Under the pieces are notes generated by a model. That model was not told where the DNA came from, searched no databases, and was given only the letters and a program-made list of their open reading frames with translations. 33,095 nt of DNA from Myxococcota bacterium (GTDB lineage Bacteria > Myxococcota_A > UBA9160 > UBA4427): positions 1 through 33,095 of the forward strand of contig JAYZFK010000029.1 of NCBI GenBank assembly GCA_036336835.1. Direction: 5' to 3'. A program made the position numbers and the translations under genes. Positions within the stretch are counted from its first letter, which is position 1. Each line of letters starts with the position of its first letter. Shown here one piece after another: positions 1 through 9,281 of the stretch.

Positions 1-245
1 CCGATCGTCATCAGGTCGGTCGAATCCATCTCGATGCCGCCGAGTGCGCCGAGCCGCCCGCGCAGCGCCTGGTGCGAGCGGCCGTCGACCAGCAGACACT
101 CGACGCCCTCGGCGTCCTTCTCGATCCGGATCGCGCGGTCGCGCAGGTTCGGCTCGATGTAGTCGATCCAGGTGTTGCGCGGCTCGAGCAGGTGGCCGTC
201 GGCGTCGACGGTAATGATCGGGTTCGGCGTGGCATCGGTCGGCAT
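1..245 (-). CDS. Amidohydrolase family protein (amidohydrolase_2-like), N-terminal part; runs off the window edge
   Basis: Not in the ORF track. Manual translation from ATG at 245 gives MPTDATPNPIITVDADGHLLEPRNTWIDYIEPNLRDRAIRIEKD..., with the D-A-D-G-H metal-binding motif. SD-like GAGGA lies upstream. Confidence 0.85.
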   Translation of the reverse strand, partial: MPTDATPNPIITVDADGHLLEPRNTWIDYIEPNLRDRAIRIEKDAEGVECLLVDGRSHQALRGRLGALGGIEMDSTDLMTI

Positions 246-329
246 GATGTTTCCTCGCTACGGGGGGCCCGCAGTGGGCGAGCTCAGCTGCCGCATCCTA
301 TCAGTGCGCGCCGCGGGCCGGAGCGTGGA

Positions 330-1757
330 TCATGGGAGGCGGAAGCCAGACGGTTGGAGGCCGTAGCGCGCGAGCGCGCGGATCTCCTCGGCATCCGTCT
401 CGAGCACGAAGCCCGCGGCAACGGCGGAGCGGAGCGCTCCCTCGAAGCGCTCCAGGTGCTCGCTCACCCCGCCGGGGTAGAGCCGCGAAAGCGTGTCCTG
501 GTCGAGCGGACGCGTGCTCCCGAACAGGAACAGGAAGCCGTCGCCCCGCTGGCCCAGCCCGGAGAGCACCGCGCTCGGTGCATCGACCCAGGGCGTGCGG
601 ATGCCGCCGCACGCGATGCCGAGCTCGTCGGTTGCAAGCTCGACTGGCTCGCTGTCGCGAGTCTCCAGTCGTCTGGCCTCGGGCGGCGGCCCCGCGCCGC
701 GCGCCCAGCGCTCGAGATGGGCCAGCGCAGCCTGAGCGACGTAGTGCTGCTGGGGACCGGCGTTGATCGCCGGGTCCGCCTGCATGCCCATCGGGCGCGT
801 CGTCGGAGCGAGCTCTCGTGCCAGCTGCTCGATCGGCGACCGGCCGTCGTCGCGGTGGGTTGCGATCAGTCCGTAGGTATCGAAGTGGGAGGCGCCGGCG
901 ATCTCCCAGAGCCGGAACTGCTCGCTGTCGGGCTGGCGGCTGGCGACGGAGCCGAGGACGATGAGATCGGTCTCGCTCTGCAGGGTCAGCACCGGAACCC
1001 GCGCGTCCTCGCGGATGCGTTCTCCGCGGAGCATGCGCCGACTCAGCTTCGAGACCTCTCCGCCGGGCGCAGGACGCAGGTAACGGCCGTCGATGCCCGC
1101 CGCACCCCCAGGGCGGCCATGGATCAGGAAGCCGTCGTAGCAGGGTTCGAGCGGATCGATCGCATTGACGTAGGTCACGAGGAATCCGGCAGACTGCGAC
1201 TCGCCGATCGCGATGCGGCAGGTCGTAGTGAGGTCTGCCAGGGGGCCGGGGCCCGGGGTGGCCAGTGCGCGGCCGATCGAGCCGAACACGTCGAACGCGA
1301 AGGCGTCGCCCGGGTGTCGTAGCGCGCCGTACCGCTCGGGGTCTGCCTTCTTCAGCGGCCGGCCGGGCACCAGCCCGCCCCCGTCGATGCCCGCCTTCTG
1401 GACGGAGACGCCCACCCATGCTGCGCCCTCGCGCATCAGGTGGCGGTGCAGAAACAGCCAGTCCGGGGCGGCGTCGACGCCGCCGGAGACGTTCAGCCAC
1501 TCGACCACGAGTGTGCCGTTGAAGCGTGCCGGGTCAGCTGGCCGCACGGCCACCAGCCGGGTCGTGAACGGGGCCTCGCCGTCGGCTCGGGCAGTCCAGC
1601 AGCCGTCCGCCTCGCGCTCGCCCAGCTGCGCGTAGCTGCGCGCGGTGCCCGCTGCGAACCACTCCTCGCTTCGATAGCCGAAGGATGCGAGGTCGGAGTT
1701 GCCCGCCGCGAGAAAGGGCTGGCCCGCGACGGGGCCGGTGAAGGTCGTGTCGGTCAC
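330..1757 (-). CDS. Alpha/beta hydrolase domain protein (Abhydrolase_10/tannase-like)
   Basis: Motifs RFNGTLVVEWLNVSGG, GESQSA nucleophile elbow, WEIAGASH and GGIRTPWVDAP. Start moved to GTG 1757 (VTDTTFTGP) because the longer ORF overlaps the divergent gene. Confidence 0.8.
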   Translation of the reverse strand: MTDTTFTGPVAGQPFLAAGNSDLASFGYRSEEWFAAGTARSYAQLGEREADGCWTARADGEAPFTTRLVAVRPADPARFNGTLVVEWLNVSGGVDAAPDWLFLHRHLMREGAAWVGVSVQKAGIDGGGLVPGRPLKKADPERYGALRHPGDAFAFDVFGSIGRALATPGPGPLADLTTTCRIAIGESQSAGFLVTYVNAIDPLEPCYDGFLIHGRPGGAAGIDGRYLRPAPGGEVSKLSRRMLRGERIREDARVPVLTLQSETDLIVLGSVASRQPDSEQFRLWEIAGASHFDTYGLIATHRDDGRSPIEQLARELAPTTRPMGMQADPAINAGPQQHYVAQAALAHLERWARGAGPPPEARRLETRDSEPVELATDELGIACGGIRTPWVDAPSAVLSGLGQRGDGFLFLFGSTRPLDQDTLSRLYPGGVSEHLERFEGALRSAVAAGFVLETDAEEIRALARYGLQPSGFRLP

Positions 1758-1833
1758 GCTGTCGGCTCGTTGGATCGGTCGAGTTCGGGATCCCCTGCAG
1801 GGTATGCTGCGCAGGCTGCGGGGGTCCAGATCG

Positions 1834-2898
1834 ATGATTCCGACGACGTTCGACCAGATCGATGCCGCCTGGCTGACCGAAGCGCTCGGCCAGCGCCACC
1901 CGGGCGCGCGTGTCCGCGGCGTCGAGGTGCTCGAGCGACGCGAGGTGACCAACTCGCACGCCCGCCTGCGCGTGAGCTACGACGCCCCTGCGGGCGCCCC
2001 GGAGACGCTCTTCTGCAAGCTGCTGCCGAGCGAGTCGGGACGCCGGGAGGCGATTGCCGCGACGGGGATGGGGCTGCGCGAGGCGCGCTTCTACGACGGG
2101 CTCGCGGGGGATCTCGGCATGCGGGTGCCGGCGGTGCACGGGGTCCGTTTCGACGAAGCCGACGGGGCCTTCGTGCTGCTGCTGGAGGATCTCGTCGAGA
2201 GCGGGTGCAGCGTGTCGGACGGCACGCAGGGCGTGGCGGTGGATCCTGCGGCGCGGGCTCTCCAGGATCTCGCCGAGCTGCACGTCCGCTTCGAGGATCG
2301 CTCGGAGCGCAAGCGATGGGCCGACTGGGTGGCCGAGCCGGAGCCGAGCAGTGACTACGGTGCGGTGCGACTGCGCTACGGACTCGACCACCATCGCGAC
2401 CGTCTCGGCGACGCGTTCGTCGAGCTCGCGGAGCTCTACATCGACAACCGCGAGGCGCTCCACGCGCTGTGGCATCCCGGACCGCAGACGCTGATCCACG
2501 GCGACGTGCACATCGGCAACCTGTTCCAGGACGGCGATCGCACGGGCTTTCTCGACTGGGGCATCATCACGGTCAGCACGCCGCTGCGCGACCTGAGCTA
2601 CTTCCTCACCATGGCGATGTCGATCGAGGACCGCCGCGCGAACGAGCGCGAGCTGATCGCCCACTACCTCGACGTTCGCAAGGCGCTGCGCGGCGAGTCG
2701 ATCGGGTTCGACGAGGCGTGGAAGGCTCACCGGATCCACGCCGCCTACAACGTACCCGCGAGCTGTCAGGTGGTGACGTTCCCCGAGGACGCGACCGAGC
2801 AGAGGCGGGTGTTCGCCGACGCCTTCCTCGCGCGGGCGCAGGCCTCGCTCGAGGATCTCGAAGTCCGGCAGGCCCTGCGCAAGTTCGCCGATCTCTGA
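1834..2898 (+). CDS. Aminoglycoside phosphotransferase/ecdysteroid-kinase-like phosphotransferase
   Basis: LLLED, Brenner-type HGDVHIGN and LDWG motifs; typical N-terminus IPTTFDQIDAAWLT. Confidence 0.85.
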   Translation: MIPTTFDQIDAAWLTEALGQRHPGARVRGVEVLERREVTNSHARLRVSYDAPAGAPETLFCKLLPSESGRREAIAATGMGLREARFYDGLAGDLGMRVPAVHGVRFDEADGAFVLLLEDLVESGCSVSDGTQGVAVDPAARALQDLAELHVRFEDRSERKRWADWVAEPEPSSDYGAVRLRYGLDHHRDRLGDAFVELAELYIDNREALHALWHPGPQTLIHGDVHIGNLFQDGDRTGFLDWGIITVSTPLRDLSYFLTMAMSIEDRRANERELIAHYLDVRKALRGESIGFDEAWKAHRIHAAYNVPASCQVVTFPEDATEQRRVFADAFLARAQASLEDLEVRQALRKFADL

Positions 2899-2924
2899 GC
2901 ACGGGTCGCGCGCTGCTCGCGCGA

Positions 2925-3821
2925 TCAGCCGGCCGCGCGCTCGTGCGCCGCAGCCCCCACTCTCTCGAGTACGCGGACGACCGCCGCGGCGACCCGGTCG
3001 GGGCGGTCTTCTTGCACGAAGTGGCCGGCGTCGTGGATTCGCTCGGTGTTCGCGGCGGGAAAGTGCTCGCGCCAGCGCGTGTCGAAGGCGGGCTTCGAGA
3101 ACAGCGGATCCCGCTCCCCCCAGATCAGCTCGACCGGTCGGTCGCGCAGCGGGTCGAGCCGAGCTTCCACGGACCGGATCCACCTGCGCTCGCGGGTAAT
3201 CGCTCGCGGGAGCTGCCAGGTGCCGACTCGGCTCTCTGCGTCGGGGAATGGCGCCGTGTAGGCGGCCAGCACGCGGGGGTCCGGCTCGGGATCGCCCGCG
3301 AGCGCGCCCTTTACCAGCGCGTCGGCAAACAGGTTGTGTCGCAGGATCAGGTAGCGACCGAGGGCCCCGCCGAGCAGCTTCGAGAACAGCCACATCGAAG
3401 GCGTGGTGCCCCAACACCAGGTGTTGCCGATCACGAAGCCGGCCACGCGCTCGGGCCGGGCCGCGGCGATCGCCATGCCGATCGGCCCGCCCCAGTCCTG
3501 TGCCACCAGGACGAACCGGTCGAGCGCGAGGGCATCGACCAGCTCACCGACTGCAGCGGCGTGCTCGGCCGGCGAGTATCCGTAGCCCTCGGGATGGCCG
3601 GAGAGGCCGAAGCCGGGGTAGTCGGGCGCGATGGCGCGGCAGCGGCCAGACAGCTCGCGGATCACGTTGCGGTAGGCGAACGACCAGGTCGGGTTGCCGT
3701 GCAGCATCAGCACCGCGGGCCCCTCGCCCTCGTCGAGATAGTGAAGCGGGGCACCGCCAGAGGTGAGCCAGTGCGACTCGAACGGATAGAGCTGCGGGTC
3801 GACCTCGAACCGGCGTTGCAT
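2925..3821 (-). CDS. Haloalkane dehalogenase-like alpha/beta hydrolase
   Basis: HGNPTWSF, nucleophile QDWGG, VIGNT and GHFVQED motifs; start MQRRFEVDPQLYPFES with G-rich SD-like sequence. Confidence 0.85.
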   Translation of the reverse strand: MQRRFEVDPQLYPFESHWLTSGGAPLHYLDEGEGPAVLMLHGNPTWSFAYRNVIRELSGRCRAIAPDYPGFGLSGHPEGYGYSPAEHAAAVGELVDALALDRFVLVAQDWGGPIGMAIAAARPERVAGFVIGNTWCWGTTPSMWLFSKLLGGALGRYLILRHNLFADALVKGALAGDPEPDPRVLAAYTAPFPDAESRVGTWQLPRAITRERRWIRSVEARLDPLRDRPVELIWGERDPLFSKPAFDTRWREHFPAANTERIHDAGHFVQEDRPDRVAAAVVRVLERVGAAAHERAAG

Positions 3822-3858
3822 CTGACCCCCCCGGCTGCGCTGTGCCACGATAGCCCGC

Positions 3859-4908
3859 ATGAGAGCATTCGCGGGCCACGTCCGGCTCCTGCTGTCCGGC
3901 TTCGCGCTCATCTGGGTGGTGCACGCCCTCTCGTTCGTCGTGTTCGCCTACGAGCCCGCCGCCTTCTACTACCGGGCCTGGGAGTACTTCGACGCCTTCC
4001 CGTATCGCAGCCGCGCCTTCCCGCCGGTGTGGCAGCGTCACGAGAGCGGCGATCTCTCGAACCGGCACCTGCTGCTGTACCGCGAATCCTGGCCCACGCG
4101 CGTGACCGCGGATGAGGACGGGTTTCGCAGCGTTCCGTACGAGGCGGAGGCCTATCCGATCCTGGTCAACGGCGATTCCGCCGTCTGGGGCTCGGGCCTC
4201 TCGGATCGCGCGACACTGCCCTACGCACTCGCCGAGCAGCTCGCCGTTCCCGTCTTCAACGGCGCCCGCACGCCGCTCCGCAACGCGCTCCTGCACCCGC
4301 GAGTGTCCGGGGCACAGCTGGTGATCGACGGTCGCAGCGAGCGCTCGATCACCCGCAGGGTGTTCACGCCTCGGCATCGCGGCAAAGGATACGAGCCGCT
4401 GATCCGCGACGACCTGGGGCGCTGGTCGGCGGTGCTCGCGGTCGAGCCGATGCGCTACTCGCCCGTGGTCCGTCTGGCGAGCTGGGCCGGGCGGCTGAAG
4501 GCCGATCTGCAGGTCGCGCGCGGCGAGCAGGAGTTTGCCGGTGCGCTCGTCACGCGCCACCGGCGGCGGGAATCGGATCTGACTGCCGCGGTGAAGGCCA
4601 TTGTCTCCCGGCGGCGCGCGCTTGCCGCCAGCGGACGCCGCTACGTGCTGGTACCGATTCCTTCCAAGCAGACGCTGCTGGGACAGGGCGATGCCTATAC
4701 GCGCGGCTACCTGCGGCTGCTGTTTGCCGAACTCGCGAAGCACGACGTCGACTTCGTCGATCTGCTCACGCCTTTCGAGCGGCACCGGGGCGCCCCACTG
4801 TATCGGCGGTACGACAGCCACTGGACCCCGACAGGGTCGTTGCTGGCTGCCGCGGAGGTGGCGAGATACCTGGAGCGCCGCGGCCTGGTGCCGAAGGCCG
4901 GGAACTGA
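3859..4908 (+). CDS. Membrane-anchored SGNH/AlgX-AlgJ-like O-acetyltransferase or esterase
   Basis: N-terminal TM helix, DEDGFR, GDS motif, PIPSKQT and C-terminal YDSHWTPTG (D-x-H-W). Confidence 0.7.
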   Translation: MRAFAGHVRLLLSGFALIWVVHALSFVVFAYEPAAFYYRAWEYFDAFPYRSRAFPPVWQRHESGDLSNRHLLLYRESWPTRVTADEDGFRSVPYEAEAYPILVNGDSAVWGSGLSDRATLPYALAEQLAVPVFNGARTPLRNALLHPRVSGAQLVIDGRSERSITRRVFTPRHRGKGYEPLIRDDLGRWSAVLAVEPMRYSPVVRLASWAGRLKADLQVARGEQEFAGALVTRHRRRESDLTAAVKAIVSRRRALAASGRRYVLVPIPSKQTLLGQGDAYTRGYLRLLFAELAKHDVDFVDLLTPFERHRGAPLYRRYDSHWTPTGSLLAAAEVARYLERRGLVPKAGN

Positions 4909-4971
4909 TCCGAGCTCGGCGCCTCTGCGTGTATGATGCGTCTCTGGCGCTCGGACAGGGAGGACACAGCC

Positions 4972-5880
4972 GTGAGCGACTACGAATTCGTGACCTATGA
5001 GACGCTCGATGATGGGGCGATCGTTCGGATCATGCTCGACCGACCCCGGACGCGGAACGCGCAGAACCGCGGGATGCTGGTCGAGCTGCACGACGCCTTC
5101 ATGCGCGCCGAAGCCGACGACGCCGTGAAGGTGGTGATCCTCGGCGGCACCGGCCCGATGTTCTCGTCGGGACACGACATGGGCAGCAAGCTGGCGACCG
5201 AGGAGCGCGCTCCCGGACCGAACCAGCATCCGAGCCGGACGATCAATGGCGCCACCAGGCTCGGCTCCGAGGAGCTGATGCTCCAGGAGTGGCACTACTT
5301 CTTCCAGAATACGCTCCGCTGGCGAAACCTGCGCAAGATCACGATTGCGCAGGTCCACGGTCCCGTCTTCGCCGCGGGACTCATGCTGATGTGGTCGTGC
5401 GATCTGATCGTGGCCGCCGAGGACGCCACGTTCGCCGACGTGGTCGGCACGCGGCTCGGCATGATGGGCGTCGAATACTTCGCGCATCCGTGGGAGTTCG
5501 GACCGCGCAAGACCAAGGAGCTGATGCTGACGGGTGACTCGATCGATGCAGACGAAGCGCACCGCCTCGGCATGGTCAGCAAGATCTTTCCCGTCGACGA
5601 GCTCGCCGAGCGGACGCTCGAGTTCGCGCGCCGGATCACGCGCGTTCCGACCATGGCGGCGCTGTTGATCAAGGAGGCGGTCAATCAGACCCAGGACAGC
5701 ATGGGCTTCACCAACGCGTTGCAATCGTGCTTCACCCTGCACCAGCTCAACCACTCGCACTGGGCCACGATCTCGAACGGCGAGCGCTGGGTCGCCACGG
5801 CCGAGGACGGGATGATCGACTGGCGCAATGCGCCGCCCGTGGAAGTCGCGGCCAAGGACCGCGTCGGCGGTCAGGGCTGA
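4972..5880 (+). CDS. Enoyl-CoA hydratase (crotonase family, EchA13-like)
   Basis: LDRPRTRNAQ, FSSGHDM, KITIAQVHG, WSCDLIVAAEDA and KELMLTG motifs; SD GGGAGGA before GTG 4972. Confidence 0.9.
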   Translation: MSDYEFVTYETLDDGAIVRIMLDRPRTRNAQNRGMLVELHDAFMRAEADDAVKVVILGGTGPMFSSGHDMGSKLATEERAPGPNQHPSRTINGATRLGSEELMLQEWHYFFQNTLRWRNLRKITIAQVHGPVFAAGLMLMWSCDLIVAAEDATFADVVGTRLGMMGVEYFAHPWEFGPRKTKELMLTGDSIDADEAHRLGMVSKIFPVDELAERTLEFARRITRVPTMAALLIKEAVNQTQDSMGFTNALQSCFTLHQLNHSHWATISNGERWVATAEDGMIDWRNAPPVEVAAKDRVGGQG

Positions 5881-5970
5881 GAGCTCCGCTGCGGCCGGCC
5901 GTTTCGGCTCGTCTCGCGCGCGCGGCCGAGCCTCCGGTCTGAAGCGGACTGCTGTCCCAGTCCCGCGCCG

Positions 5971-6690
5971 TCAGCGAACCAGCAGCCGGCGGCAGTGGAC
6001 GCAGGAGATGATCGCGTCTTCCGGCTCGTCGCGGAGTCGGCGGTACTCGAGCACCGGAAGGTCGAGTCGACAGCCTTCGCACAGGCCCGCGCCCAGCGCG
6101 ACCGCAGCGCGACCGACCAGCCGGGGGTCGCCGCGCAGCCGGTCGTAGATCGTCAGGATCGGCTCCGGCAGTCCGGTCCGGAGCTGGGCCGCTGTCCGTT
6201 CGAGTCCGACGATCTCGTCGTCGATCGTACTCTCGGTGGCTGCGATCGTGGCGGTCAGCTGCTCTGCCGCCGTCTCCATCTCGCTGTGGTGTGTCTGCTG
6301 CTGGCCGAGCGCCGAATCGGCGTGCTCGATCTGCTCGAGCAGCTCGAGCTCACGCTCCTCGGCTTCGTCCTGCTTCTGCTTCCAGGCCTCGAGCGCGTGG
6401 TGCAGCGCGTCGAGCTCCTTCGGGATCGTGACCGTCCCGGAGTAGAGGCTCGTCTCGACCTCCTTGACCTTTGCCGCGAGCGACGCGACCTCGCCGCCGA
6501 GCTCGCGCTCCGCGTGAGCCAGCTCGTCGCGTTGTGCCTGCCCAGCCCGTTGCGTGCCTTCGAGCGTGACGATCTCGGCCTGGCTCTGGGCGAGAGCCGC
6601 GCGTTCGGGCAGCCTGGCATGCTTCTCGCGCAAACGGTCGATTGCCAGGTCGGCCTCCTGGACTTCGAGCAGTGGACCGAGGGTGCTCAC
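5971..6690 (-). CDS. Coiled-coil protein with C-terminal C4 zinc ribbon (DUF164/COG1579 family)
   Basis: Long heptad region followed by CEGC...CVHCRRLL; N-terminal LLEVQEADLAID is typical of the family. Confidence 0.9.
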   Translation of the reverse strand: MSTLGPLLEVQEADLAIDRLREKHARLPERAALAQSQAEIVTLEGTQRAGQAQRDELAHAERELGGEVASLAAKVKEVETSLYSGTVTIPKELDALHHALEAWKQKQDEAEERELELLEQIEHADSALGQQQTHHSEMETAAEQLTATIAATESTIDDEIVGLERTAAQLRTGLPEPILTIYDRLRGDPRLVGRAAVALGAGLCEGCRLDLPVLEYRRLRDEPEDAIISCVHCRRLLVR

Positions 6691-6753
6691 GAGGGCAGGG
6701 TATCACGCCGTCGTCTCCAGTTGCGCGCGGTTCGCCTGCTAGCCTCGCGCTGC

Positions 6754-7452
6754 ATGACGACCTCGAACCTCGAAGTGCTCGCCTACGAAGAGAGCCCGCT
6801 CGGCATGATCTGCCTGCGGCGCCGCGAGCTGCTGTCGGTTCCCGGGACGATCGTGACCGAGATCACCCTCGATCACGAGCTCCTGATGAGCAGCTATCAC
6901 ACCGCCTCCGAGCGCGCTCTCTCGACCTGCGCGCTGGAACGACACGCGGGCGACGGACTCCGCGTGCTGATCGGCGGACTCGGTCTCGGCTACACGGCGA
7001 ACGAGGTCTTGCGCTCGGCTCGGGTCGCGAGCGTCGACGTGGTCGAGCTGCTGCCGCAGGTGACCGCCTGGCTGCGAGACGGCCTGGTGCCACTGTCCGG
7101 CGAACTCAACGGCGACTCGCGCTTTCGGGTCCTGCGGGGGGACGTCTACGCGATGCTGGCAGCCCCGCCCGAGCGGCAGTTCGATCTGATCCTGGTCGAC
7201 GTCGACCACTCGCCCGATGAGCAGCTCGGCGAGAGCAATGCCGGCTTCTACTCCGAGCCCGGTCTCCGGCTGGCCAGGCGCCACCTCGCCGCCGGGGGCG
7301 TGCTCGGTGTGTGGTCCTACGCCGAGAGCTCGCCCTTCGTCGCCGCGCTGAAGGCGGTGTTCGACCGCGTCGACGTCGAGTCGGTCACCTTCGAGAATCG
7401 CCTGACCGATGAAACCGAGAGCAACTGGCTGTTCCTCGCACTCGACCCGTAG
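6754..7452 (+). CDS. Spermidine synthase-like class I SAM-dependent transferase
   Basis: LMSS, VLIGGLGLGYT, VVELLP and FDLILVDVDHSP motifs. The upstream extension in the ORF track overlaps the zinc-ribbon gene. Confidence 0.85.
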   Translation: MTTSNLEVLAYEESPLGMICLRRRELLSVPGTIVTEITLDHELLMSSYHTASERALSTCALERHAGDGLRVLIGGLGLGYTANEVLRSARVASVDVVELLPQVTAWLRDGLVPLSGELNGDSRFRVLRGDVYAMLAAPPERQFDLILVDVDHSPDEQLGESNAGFYSEPGLRLARRHLAAGGVLGVWSYAESSPFVAALKAVFDRVDVESVTFENRLTDETESNWLFLALDP

Positions 7453-7475
7453 ACGGCAAGCGGCCGAGGCGGGCC

Positions 7476-7513
7476 TCCGGTTCGACGCGCGGGCACGCGT
7501 CGAGGATCCCGGA
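7476..7513 (+). terminator. GC-rich hairpin after the spermidine synthase-like gene, possible terminator
   Basis: TCGACGCG-cgggca-CGCGTCGA perfect 8-bp stem (7482-7503) flanked by TCCGG/CCGGA; no adjacent U-tract. Confidence 0.35.
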
Positions 7514-7680
7514 AGTATGCTTTCTCTCCGACGGGGACCCCGAGCGGGTAGAGTCGACGGATGCCGATCGATCCACGGGGCCATCTCCGCGATGCGCGGA
7601 GACTCGCAGCGGGCTTGCGGTGCAATCTCGGCTGTCGTTCCGTCGCGCTGGCTTCGCCCGTTGGGCTCGCGCGCTGATCC

Positions 7681-8841
7681 GTGGACCGCTTGCGCGACCG
7701 CGTCGCCATCGCCGGGATCGGCTATACGGAGCTCTCGAAGGACTCGGGTGTCAGCACGCTGACGCTGGCTGCGCGTGCGGTGCTCGCGGCGCTCGAGGAC
7801 GCGGGCGTCGCGCCGGATCAGCTCGATGGCATTGCTACCTTCCGTGTCGGTGACTCGGTCAGCCCGAGCGTCCTCGCGCAGGCGCTCGGGGTTCGGGACC
7901 TGCGCTGGCACCTCGATCAGTTCGGGGGCGGGAGCGTGTCGCACGCGACCGTCGGCCAGGCGGCACTCGCCGTGCACGCGGGTCTCGCCGAGACCGTGGT
8001 CTGCTACCGGGCGCTCAACGCGCGCTCGGAGTTCCGCATGGGCGGCACGGGTCGGCCCCCGGTCGACGCGGTCGAGACCCAGTACCAGGCCCCGTACGGC
8101 TTCTTTACGCCGCCCCAGCAGTTTGCGATGGCCGCGCGCGCCCACATGCAGCGCTACGGCACGACGCACGATCAGCTCGGAGCGGTGGCAGTGAGCCAGC
8201 GCGCTTTCGCCGTCTCGAACCCGCGCGCGCGGTTGCGTCAGCCGATCACGCTCGACGACTACCGGGCGTCGCGTTGGGTGGTCGAGCCGTTCCGATTGTT
8301 CGACTGCTGCCTCGAGACCGACGGCGCCGTGGCGGTGCTCGTCACGACGGCCGAGCGCGCGCGCGATCTGCGCCGCCCGGCGGTGCTGATCTCCGGCGCG
8401 GCGTGGGGCTCGGGGCAGACGCTCTACTCGAATCGGCAACCCGATCCGACGCGCACTGCCGCGGCGGATCTCGCACCGCGGCTGTACGCGATGGCCGGGG
8501 TCGGCCCCGCGGACATCCAGCTGGCCGAGCTCTACGACTGCTTCACCTACAGCGTGCTGGTGCAGCTCGAGGACTACGGCTTTTGCGCCAAGGGCGAGGC
8601 CGGTGCCTTCGTGGAGAGCGGCGCGACGTGTCTCGGCGGGTCGCTGCCCGTGAACACGCACGGCGGCTTCCTGTCCGAGGGCTACGTGCACGGTCTCAAC
8701 CACGTGACCGAGGCGGTCTCACAGCTGCGCGGCGATGCGGGCGCCCGCCAGGTCGCGGGCGCCGAGGTCGCGCTGAGCACCGCACAGCCCGGCTACGTCG
8801 CCGGCTGCAGCTCGGCGCTGGTGCTGCGGAAGGACGCATGA
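7681..8841 (+). CDS. Thiolase-fold lipid-transfer protein (Ltp2/SCP-x-like, probable acyl-CoA aldolase)
   Basis: VAIAGIG, FDCCLETDGA, ELYDCFT and NTHGGFLSEGYVHG motifs; no Cys in the GGGSVSHA segment; ATGA overlap with the DUF35 gene. Confidence 0.9.
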   Translation: MDRLRDRVAIAGIGYTELSKDSGVSTLTLAARAVLAALEDAGVAPDQLDGIATFRVGDSVSPSVLAQALGVRDLRWHLDQFGGGSVSHATVGQAALAVHAGLAETVVCYRALNARSEFRMGGTGRPPVDAVETQYQAPYGFFTPPQQFAMAARAHMQRYGTTHDQLGAVAVSQRAFAVSNPRARLRQPITLDDYRASRWVVEPFRLFDCCLETDGAVAVLVTTAERARDLRRPAVLISGAAWGSGQTLYSNRQPDPTRTAAADLAPRLYAMAGVGPADIQLAELYDCFTYSVLVQLEDYGFCAKGEAGAFVESGATCLGGSLPVNTHGGFLSEGYVHGLNHVTEAVSQLRGDAGARQVAGAEVALSTAQPGYVAGCSSALVLRKDA

Positions 8842-9254
8842 GCGAAGCCAACGCCGCGCCGCTGCCGGCTCCCGACCGCGACTCCGAGCCCTTCTGGCAG
8901 GCGCTCCGCGAGGGCGAGCTGCGGCTGCAGCGCTGCAGCGGTTGTGGCGCCCTGCGCTGGCCGCCGCGGGCGGTCTGCAATCGCTGTCACGGCTTCGATG
9001 CGCGCTGGGAGGCGCTCTCGGGGCGGGGCCGTGTCGTCAGCTGGGTGCGCACCCACCAGGTCTTTGCCCCGGCCTACCGCGACCAGGTGCCGTATCTCAC
9101 GGTGCAGGTGGTGCTCGACGAGCAGGACGACATCCTGCTGATCGGCGGCTGGCGCGGCGCGGCCGAGCCGAGGGGCGGCGAGCCGGTTCGGGCGAACTTC
9201 GCGAATGCCGTCGAGGGATTCGTGCTGCTCGACTGGGAGCCCGATGCTCGTTAG
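8838..9254 (+). CDS. DUF35 Zn-ribbon/OB-fold protein (thiolase/aldolase partner)
   Basis: PFWQALREGELRLQRCSGC...PPRAVCNRC...SGRGRVVSW; ATG overlaps the upstream stop (ATGA). Confidence 0.9.
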   Translation: MSEANAAPLPAPDRDSEPFWQALREGELRLQRCSGCGALRWPPRAVCNRCHGFDARWEALSGRGRVVSWVRTHQVFAPAYRDQVPYLTVQVVLDEQDDILLIGGWRGAAEPRGGEPVRANFANAVEGFVLLDWEPDAR

Positions 9255-9281
9255 GCTCGCGAAGAGAGGAACGGAGGCAGC

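Noticed and set aside
5881..5970. Possible rnpB or other ncRNA downstream of the DUF164 zinc-ribbon gene
   Set aside because: Only 90 nt with short stems (GGCTCG/CGAGCC, GGACTG/CAGTCC) and no RNase P conserved motifs; more likely a terminator region between convergent genes.
5995..6753. Long N-terminal extensions in the ORF track (also 8274-8837, 18868-19788, 28054-28299, 28617-29105, 29027-29899)
   Set aside because: The extensions overlap neighbouring real genes or lack homologous character. Downstream starts with an SD, an ATGA overlap or a -10 box fit better, so these are not fusions.
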